Source: Marsupella aquatica
Taxonomy: Eukaryota; Plantae; Marchantiophyta
DNA length: 64,000 nucleotides
Reading direction: 5' to 3'
Assembly: GCA_973895155.1 (NCBI GenBank)
Contig: OZ316892.1
Span: forward strand, 1,615,223-1,679,222
The translations under genes were made by a program, and so were the position numbers. Shown here piece after piece: positions 54,701-64,000 of the stretch (position 1 is its first letter; every line of letters starts with the position of its first letter). The notes under the pieces are model-generated. The model ran no database searches. It worked only from the letters and a program-made list of their open reading frames with translations, and was not told the DNA's origin.

Positions 54701-57700
54701 GAGAGTATAATGGAAGTTTGTATAATTTGGGAATGCTTCCTTGCATTTGAGAATGGTCCAAAATTATTCCATATTCCACACCTTTTTACTCTTCAAGTGT
54801 TTCACACGGGTATCTTCGTATTTATGCCACTGCATTCCAAATGGAGCTAATGTAATTAGAAATTGCACAAGCACAGGTGTTTTGTAGTAGTGTTTCGTGC
54901 TCGGTTCATCACACAAAAGTAAGCAATGCACAGACAGGGTGTGAGATGAGAGGTAGTGACAAACGGTGAGTTGATGTAAGCTGAAAATATCTCTCTTTCT
55001 CTTAGTGTCCATGTTCACAAGATTGTAGTCACGAGATGGTTGTTTGATTTTGATAGCAGGCTTTCAAGTATGTCTTGGCCGTCACCTACGTCTAGACCAG
55101 ATTTCAAGTATGCAGCCTATAACTCAAACTTTCCTTAAATTAATAGCATACATCTGCACTTACAAAGGAATTCGTGTCCTAAGGCTTGACTGAAGCTAGG
55201 CTTTGCTGAAACTTCAGTCGAGATGGTTATGCCAGCAACTAATCTCTAAAAGAGTATGGAGATCATAAACTTCTGGAAAGATGGATAAAAATCTTCTCGA
55301 TTAGTTTCTCTAGAACTGAAAAAAGTTTAATCTGAAATTATTTTTGTAGCAGAGACACAGGGACTCCAGTATTCAAGGGTAGGAAATATTGTCTCAATAA
55401 GAGATGTGTGATCCCCTTAAGTTCTTTGACACATTGTTATGGCCAAAGTTCAAGCTCTTGCCTGCCCTCTTCGATTGACCAAGGCTATAGTGTGGATTCA
55501 ATCAATCTGTTCCATTCAGTATAGATTCAATTCAATTTTGGGTAAAAAGAGTTTCAATTGCTTTCATCAATGTCACCTCATTTCAATTTCTTCTGATCAA
55601 TTTGACTCTCAACTGATTACATTGTCAGTCACCAAATCCACGATTCTTTTGACGCAATAGAAATAATTCCTGTTACTTGTTTGTTCTACATTGAGGATCT
55701 GGGTTTTTGACACGAGAACTGGGGTTGTTTTAGTCCAAATGTGATTGTATAGTTATTTACAAGTTAGTGTAGAAGCAGGTGTACACTTTGTGTAGCGGCT
55801 GCAGGAGACAGTTTTAGGTTTGTATTTTTGAAAGCACCCATGTCCAGGCTAGGAAATGGCTGTATCATTATTGGACTACATGGCCGGCCTGCACTCAACT
55901 GTGGAATGCAGTTATTGGGTATTGATCTTTTCGTGAGGGTACAAATGCATCTATGGAAACTGCATTGTTTGGTGCATCTATTTAAAATATCAACTATATT
56001 AGAAAGGTTCCAAGGCAGGCCTGGAGTTCACCATGGAATGCAATTATTGACAGTGCATTTAGGCACTTTCGACAGTCTCTGATTGAAGGGACAATCCTGC
56101 ACTATCTCGTCCTTTTTGAACTTGTTTCATTTGTCATTAGTTAATTCTTGTGCATACTTGATCTTTGTGTTCATAGTGTGCTAAGTAGTAACCGTCACAT
56201 CCAAACATCATGCCTATCACATATGAGCCTGAATGCCCATTCTTTGAATGTGAATAGAAATAATGACAAAAGTTATGGAACATGATCATCATTTTGACAT
56301 ACATAATATCTCTTCATTCTTTCCATCCACACATATTTTGGTGGGGCCTAGAGTAGGCTTCACTCTAGAAGCTTAGACCCCAACTCTGGCTTCTCTAGCT
56401 AAACCTACTAAATGGAGAATTCATCCTAATTAAGTACATGATTAAAAGTTTTAGGGTGCTTGTTGTACCATAGCCCATAGGGCTGTGGGCTATTGGAACA
56501 TGGAAGACAATAAGCCCTTGCATCTTTGAGATTAAATTTGGTCCATATGTGAATGGGAAGCATGTGCACTTGGCTTTCTTTCAGGTATGGTGTCTTCCAT
56601 CCTGGCAAGGGGTGGGCCCAAATATATATGCTGATGTGGAGCATTAGAGATACAAAGAGCTGAGAGAATCTTGGTTAATCTACATTGCTAATGAAACTTA
56701 GTCCTGAGAAACTGGTCATCTCCTGTTGTTGAACAGAGAGCAGTTGAACCATCTCATCCACTGGTTTATCACAAGCCATGTCCAAGTTTTGTCTTTCTTT
56801 ACTCAACGGATTATCAGCATGGCTCACTGCATCACACCACCTGACCACCGCGACTGGTAGCCGTTCACCAGTATATGTTCGTATTGTTCACCAACTAAGC
56901 CAACCCCTGAGCTTAGGCTCGTTTACCCACCTTCTTCTCTGGGTTCAGATTTGTTCTTCTGAGGGACTGAGGATGGCCTTTGTTCAAACCCTGTTACACG
57001 TACGGTACTTTGAGATGAAACACATCAAATTCGCCTCTTGAAACCTTTACACAGGAAACTCAAATGTGATTAACGTGGACAAAAGTGGTAGGAACAATTC
57101 GGGAAGATGAACCACACTGACACTTAAGGCCTTTGTCAACTGCTCAACAGCTCATGCCAAAAAGTGCCCTTCCGGTCTCCTGAAATGAGAGCGCTTGTGC
57201 ACCTCACATGCTAATATAACTTGATCTAGCTGGGCTCGGTATGCAATGCCAATCAATGCATGCTTGCAAGTTGCCCCAATTGTAGCAGTGCAGCAGATCA
57301 ACTGGGTAGTAGCTAGGTAGGTCACTTGAAAGGCATTTGTGGTATGCCTCGTACGCCATTTTGAGACAGCAAATGGCACTCAACCTCCATGCCTATACGG
57401 TAGGACAACCTGGAGACAAACATTGCGAACTGGGTCTCGACTTCATGCACGGGTGGCTGGGTGAGCACATTCGATGAAGAGAGACTTCGATGATATCCAT
57501 GGACTTCGTTCGTACAGTCAACTTTTTCAGGCGATAAGGATCCACTTGTCACAATCCAGGCACTTAGTACGGGAGGGGGTGCCTTGGCTTTCAAGAAAGA
57601 CTTCAGGAGCATAAGAGCAAAGAATGACGTCAAGAGCATCAGAGCAAATCCGGAAGTAAACAATCTCTATACCAGACAATTTTCCAACCGGTTTGCAGGG

Positions 57701-58446
57701 GGACCACAGTTGTCGTCAGGATGGCAAAAAAATTGCAAGTCCTAGTCCGCTGAAGGGATTCTGGATTTTTAGAAACGGTTCTCCAATTAATTGCTCACGA
57801 GAGTGTAATGCTTCGTTAGCAAATGACTAGCTCATCATACAGGAGGAACTTCATCCAGTCAGGTTGGTCCACGCAGAAAATGAAATGTTACTTTGCCAAC
57901 TGGACAAGTTATTGCTTGATGGATTTTGATATATAAAAACGGATATATATACAAGAGGCATTGCACCTTCAGAAATAGGTTGCCATCTAAGAAACTCTGC
58001 TCGGACCCACGAGCCTCAAATGTCCAATTCAGTGTTCTACTTCCAGCTTAGCACTTCCGAACTTTGAGTGTGGAAGGTACTGACAAGCTCCCGGGAGCCA
58101 AAGTTCCAGCCAAAAAGAACCCCTCCATCTCCAGAAAATTTTGATGCAGACATGATCACAAATACAAGCTACCTGCCGCTCTGCTGCAGGTTGACTCCTT
58201 TCTCGCTCAGTGCAACATTATATCTCCAACGAGGGATAGATAAGGGTGGCGAAGGGGAACGTATTGCAAGCCGTGGAAAATTTTCTCATATACCATAGGA
58301 GACTTGTTTGAAGTTTTAACACTGCAATTGTTAAAGCTGCTTGGTCTCCAACGAAAGTTACAATGAAATTGTTAAAGCTGCTTGGTCCCCAATGAGCAAA
58401 ACAGCCTTCGGAGATCGCAGTAGCATTATTCAAGGGTAAGATTCCC

Positions 58447-61400
58447 TTATCTGTCTTTCACAATCTGGAAAGAATAGTCGATCTCCAGGTAGCAGATATT
58501 ATCATCATCGACAAACTGCAGGAGGAAAGAAATACTTTGTCAAAGACCACAGTCGAAACAACAGCAAACCATCAGGATACCACAATCAAATACAAGCCCT
58601 CTATGTAATGCTCTGAAACTGTCTGAAGCCTTCTGAACCCTGGAGCACATAACTCAAGAAAAGTATTGGCAGTTCCAGGTGAGTTTGTTATTGAGTGAAC
58701 ACCTATAATACCTGCCCGTACAACTAAAAGCTAGTGAACAAGGGGACAAGACAACCCAACTATTGAAGCCTGAAATGACGATACTTCATCAGGATTTCTT
58801 TCTGACAAAAATATCTCATTGAAAAGAAAGGGATTCCGTGAGTGACCTTAGTTTTGGCGGTGTATGAACCGTGGGCCAAGACTCCTGATGGAGTTTCTTC
58901 TTCCTCCATTGCGTAAGTATAAGGTTCTATTTGAGGAGCAAAAGTTCCGAGCATGACACGAGTTTGATCCACTGCAGCAAACAAAGTCAGATCAGAAATT
59001 GCCTTCAACCACCCACCAGTTCTACGCTCCAGCTTAGTAACCATGATGAGATTTTATCAGACGCTGCTGATAACAATCAAAAACATTTTGGACCAACTTC
59101 TATGATGCCACTGGGTAGCCTGTCAAAGTGATTAAAAAATGGTCTAAAGAACGAAGCCTGTACCCGAAACGGACTAAAGATGAAGACACAGCAGACAATA
59201 AACTGTCACGAAGGATTCACTTATGAATGTAGTGGGAAAGTGACCCTACCTAGCAAGCCTGATTTCCAAACTTTGTTAACATAAGTCAATCCCGGGACGA
59301 GATTCTTTTGCACCGAGAAGCTGAACTTGAGGCTGTACAAGCTCCCCTCTTTCAACACAAACGTGGGATCTTGGGAATTTGAAAGCGGTAGAGTAAATGT
59401 GACATCCTGCGAGCCCGGAGTTGTCATGCCTATTGTTAATATCTTCACCTCGGGTTCTTGTCCTGCAATCACCAAACCAAAATATATCAATATGCACCGT
59501 TATAGCAACAAATAAAATGATGACTCAAATGGCGGCTCCATCTCTCGTTGCCAACTGTATCTATTCTATTACCATTGTTTCCTTCCTTTCCCGATCAATT
59601 TCAGAGCATAAACAACATTTATCTATAATCTACATTTATCTATAATCATATGTGAGCAAATTTCGGTCCGAACTAACATTAGTGTCGTTGTTCGGAATCA
59701 TAACCTTGGAGCCAGAAGTCAGAGGGTATGCATCGTACAAACGGCGAGCATCAAAGAGAACGTGGCAACTAACCAACAGCACATCGATTTCATTGGCATT
59801 TGGAGTCACTGGGTCGGACAACCAAGCCTGCTCGACGACGCCTACGTGCAATTTTATTCTAATTAATCATGATAGCTCAACCCGGTGCACCTCCCTAAGT
59901 TACCGCGTCCACACCCTCACATCTACACAGCCACGCTGGACGAATTGACTGGAATTGGAACAAGTCTACTTTTGAAGGCACCGGTAGACTGAGACGGAAA
60001 TAAGCTCATGACTGCCATACAGATCAACGCCTACGCAGAACAGATCAACAACTGTACTACACTTCTAAAGTCCACGAAAGGTGTTTACAGTTGAGGTGGC
60101 CGTATTCGAGAAAGTGTTATTGAATCATGGAAGTCATTAGCTAACCATTTAGCTACCTGTGGTAGTAGCCTGGTGCGCCACCCAGTCAAGTCGTCAGTCA
60201 CTTTGGGAAGCCTAACGCCACAGGGGAGCTACGGATGGGCCCCGCCAGAACTACGGTGGGAGTAAAATTGATTAATGTGGAGTGGACTATATGTCCTTTC
60301 CTTGAATTGTCTTTTGACCATCCAATCCCGCGAGCTAGCGTCCTCTTCCTCATATCGACAAGAGTGGATGGATTGTAGAATTGTTGCCGTGCAGGCCATA
60401 AGCAAATGAGCCAGAAGCTATCAAGTCCCCAGGAATCTAACAGGGGCTAGAGGTGGATGTCCTAACTCCAAAATCCCGCTTTGAATCGCATGGGCACGTT
60501 CTACATACAGTGCCATAACAGAGACAACACCTTAACTTTAAATCAAACGAGGCAATGATTGCCGCACACGTTGAAGCCCACACAATCATAGTCATGCAAT
60601 AATGCAATATTGAGGTGCAAAACCAATTCAGACTCCTCAGATCAACCAACTGTTGCAATTTGCCCCACCTGCCTACGTGCAAGATCGAAGAAGAAAATCG
60701 TACAAAATAATCAGGGCCTACACTGTGCTTCTTACTGTTCACGACCGGGGCACTAAAGAAACTGGAGTGCTGGTGTCATCGCGTTCGTCCTGTTCTCGGA
60801 ACTACATCATCGACACATCATTTCATGCTGTTGGCCAAGTCTTCTTTCAACTCGACGTCCACAATCCTTACCAGAGGCTCACAGAGTCATCAAACGTGCG
60901 CGAATCCTTCGACCAATAACACCCGACAACCATTTGAAATTTTCATTCAGAGATCTTGGCAGGCTCTCGACGAAGGTGAATCTTGTGGGCAGGGATGCGT
61001 ACCATCAATCGAAAGCTTGTCCAACGAGAGTTGGCCCAGCAGTTGCTCTTTCCATCTTCTCAAGCTGTCATCGTCCTGCACTCAACCACATGCATCGTCA
61101 GAATCGTCCTGAGGTCTCCTTCACACGACAGATAGACTCGTGTGCACAACCACGCTCCATTTGCAAATTCGGAACTAGAGAAGAAGACGGACGCCTTAGA
61201 CCCACGATCGCGTAGAGAGCTGGCTCTGAGCAAACATTCAACGAATTTCGAGGTCTGCACGGGTATCTGTTGAGAGTAGCGAATGGTTCTCTAAGGTAAA
61301 GAATAATGACGAGACCAGCAATTGACATTAAACGCTCTTTCCGTTCCGTCTTCTACTGGGACAGTCCAAGTGGATATCGGGAACATTCAGCGGAAAGCTC

Positions 61401-62545
61401 CACAACGGAGATAGATCACAGAAAATATTCAGTTCATGACCAAATATTAATCTCCGACTCTACGGGTTTACAGCCTAGCCAAATGAACAGTTACCGATGT
61501 GCGTCTGGGACAAGCATAACATTGGCTAGAAAGTACGAGAATTCCTGACTGACTGACTGACTGACTGACTGACTGACAGAAGCGACGAACCACATACGTG
61601 CCCCTGGGATTGCCATGAGCAGACGGTGAGTATGAGCATGGAAATGAAACCTGAACGAATCCTCAAGTTCGAGACCGGGCAAAGAGTGACCAGCAATGTA
61701 AGAGACTACCACATGCAAAAGGAGAGAAAGAACGAGAAACTTTGCGGCAATAGAGTGGACATGACGGAGATAACCATATAATGTAAAAGGCTTCATTCTG
61801 TTTGCCAGGAAGAGTAGAGCAGGTGATTCCTAAAGAACAGCTTCTAGAAAGAGCCAACCAAGAGGGATCGATGATATTATGGCACATTGTGGTAATGTAT
61901 CCAGGAGACTCAGACACTAAGATTGCCCATCAGTCTCTGGCTTGTACGACCCTTACGAGCGAAGCCAAAAACAAACGCGACCAGTTCCTCTGCTGGGGGC
62001 TGCCAATCCAACAAGAACTTGTCTGGAATGCTCCAGAGACTAGCATGAGAGAATAAGAAGGTAGTCGACTGTAAGTCATGGAGTATAGTTTTGTTGTTGA
62101 GAGTATACAAGATTCTGAAAATCAGCATTTCACCTCCCTCTCATGGTGAGAGCTTGCAATGTTCTGTAAAATCGGAATCAGGAAAGAATGGAATACAGGA
62201 TGCTGAGACATTCTTGAACTCTCAGTCCACCCTCGTCCAAGTGGAACTGTGAAGAGCATTGGTTATGTAACATTGGGGGCTCGGGTATGGATATGCGATG
62301 AACAGCTTGGGACTCTGGAAAGAGAAGAGTGCAATTTGGTGAAATATGCACGAACTCACGGTGTTACTCTCGTCAAACTGGGACTGTGGAGAAAATTTGA
62401 GATAAAGAATCGGGAACGTAGCAGCAGTCTTCACACACACTAACACACTCACCTTGTCGAGTTCAAGTTGTTGTTTGAGGGGAACCATAGGCCCCAGATG
62501 AAAATCTTCATCCCTGAAACTGTCGATCCTCTCGAGCACATTCAT
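58447..62545 (-). CDS. RopGDI: Rho (ROP) GDP-dissociation inhibitor
   Basis: Exons ~62452-62545 (LGPMVPLKQQLELDK), 61002-61076 (DDDSLRRWKEQLLG), 59250-59463 (EPEVKIL...FVLKEGSLYSLKFSF), 58847-58972 (MLGTFAPQ...TPSGVLAHGSYTAKTK), 58447-58516 (FVDDDNICYLEIDYSFQIVKDR*). The start codon is uncertain. Confidence 0.92.
61546..61577. repeat. (GACT)n microsatellite in a RopGDI intron
   Basis: About 8 tetramer units. Confidence 0.9.
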
Positions 62546-64000
62546 CTTGAATGACTCGTGAAGTCCCCCTGCTGAGGAGCTTACAATGCGGGTTTCAATA
62601 GTCCTCTCTAAGCAACACCCGCGGTCCAGAAAAAAACTGTACACAGTCGTCCCCACACGACAATTCGCTCCTCTACTTGACGACGCTACGTCCACAAGCT
62701 TTCACCGATATGAATTTTGAGTCACTCTTCCGCCTCAATAACTTAGGAGGGCCTACATGCCATCATCCTCGATCCCAACAGGAAAGGGAGCAGCAGACAT
62801 GGTCGAGTATGAGCCAAGATGTGAGACAAACAGAGAACAGCAGTCCGTATTCCGCGCCAAATAGATGGTGAACCAATTACCAGCTCAATCCCTGTCTCTA
62901 CCTCCCTTCCACTCTTTCTCTCTTCCCGAAAACTATATCCCCATCGAAGTCTAACTACCCACAACTAGACAATCTGACAATGACGACGATACGCAGACTG
63001 ATGGAGGCAGTGGCGCACTTCATCAGCAGTAGCAAGCAATGTGACCACGAACTTTTAACTACAGATAATGGCCTCTCTCTCGCTCATCAACCACACATCA
63101 ATCAATGGAGCGCGTCTGTGGACTGCTGCCCTGATTGATTGATTAAGTGAGTGAGTGAGCTCAATGTCCGTCAAGGCCCACCCTACCTCAGTCCTCGACT
63201 TCCACCCCGAACCCATCTCGTCCCAATCCCAGCCAAGCGCCTCTCACCATCCTGGTAAATGCTCATTGAGGGCACACTCGGTTTCCCATCAAAGCCACTT
63301 TCAGTACTGTGTTGCATCAGCACAGCCCTGTCCCCCAGGGTGACAAGCAGAATCCAGGCCAGGCCTGCCACCAAAAGCCTCCTCAGAGCATCTTCACCCG
63401 TTTGGTTTGGCAGCAGTTTCAACACAAACAATTGGGGATTTGGGGGTCTCAAATATGGGGCCGTCATAGGTGTTCCCGGAAGGGTACCAGGGCCCATGAT
63501 AAGGGGGCTGCGGGCGAGTTTAGCGGCAGCGAGGCATTTGAAAACCTCAATTTCCATATGCACGTGTGACTTCCGGGTGGAGAAACTAGTCGTGATGGTG
63601 TCCATTTGGCACACAAGAACGCCCTCAGCATACACTGAAGAGTAAGTACACAAAGCCCGGCTCGTGAGTTCAGACTTGGCCCGTGGTGACTGATCGGTCA
63701 AGCCTCTGTCTGTGTCCTATAGCCTGAAGGTGTCTCACACATTTTTGGACCACTTCTGCCTGAACCTAGCTTGGGGGCCAACAAAACTCCCCGTCCTGAT
63801 ATTTGAGACCCCCTAATAGAAAGTGGTCTGATTACCAGTCCCTTCAATTTATATAGACAAGACACAAACAAAGACCTTGCAACAAATACTTTTTATTTTT
63901 ATATTTGCCCCCATCCTTGTTACGGCCATGAGAGGTCTCTTGCAAATTCCCTGCCACGAGGTTGCACCACATCACCACAACCAGCCACAAACAGGAATGA

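Noticed and set aside
55800-57700. Possible degenerate transposase
   Set aside because: CpG-poor and TE-like, but I found no recognisable catalytic motif or termini.

Overview
Eukaryotic land-plant DNA, probably a non-seed plant such as a bryophyte (inferred from the GT-AG intron-rich genes, plant-type gene families and an INTS6 gene). The highlight is at 1-6041: a decayed Ty3/Gypsy retrotransposon whose pol polyprotein carries a complete C5 cytosine DNA methyltransferase domain between the protease and the reverse transcriptase. It also ends in a PHD finger that a 1-bp frameshift hides from the ORF track (order PR-DNMT-RT-RNaseH-INT-PHD). Host genes are an LHC-like/SEP protein, an NSR-like RRM protein, an intronless bacterial-type cupin, INTS6, an F-box/LRR protein, ADA2 and RopGDI. 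Intergenic DNA holds a Mutator-like MITE with a 10-bp TSD, a ~1.15-kb tandem array, a solo LTR with a 5-bp TSD and several tandem duplications. Exon boundaries were read by eye and are approximate.
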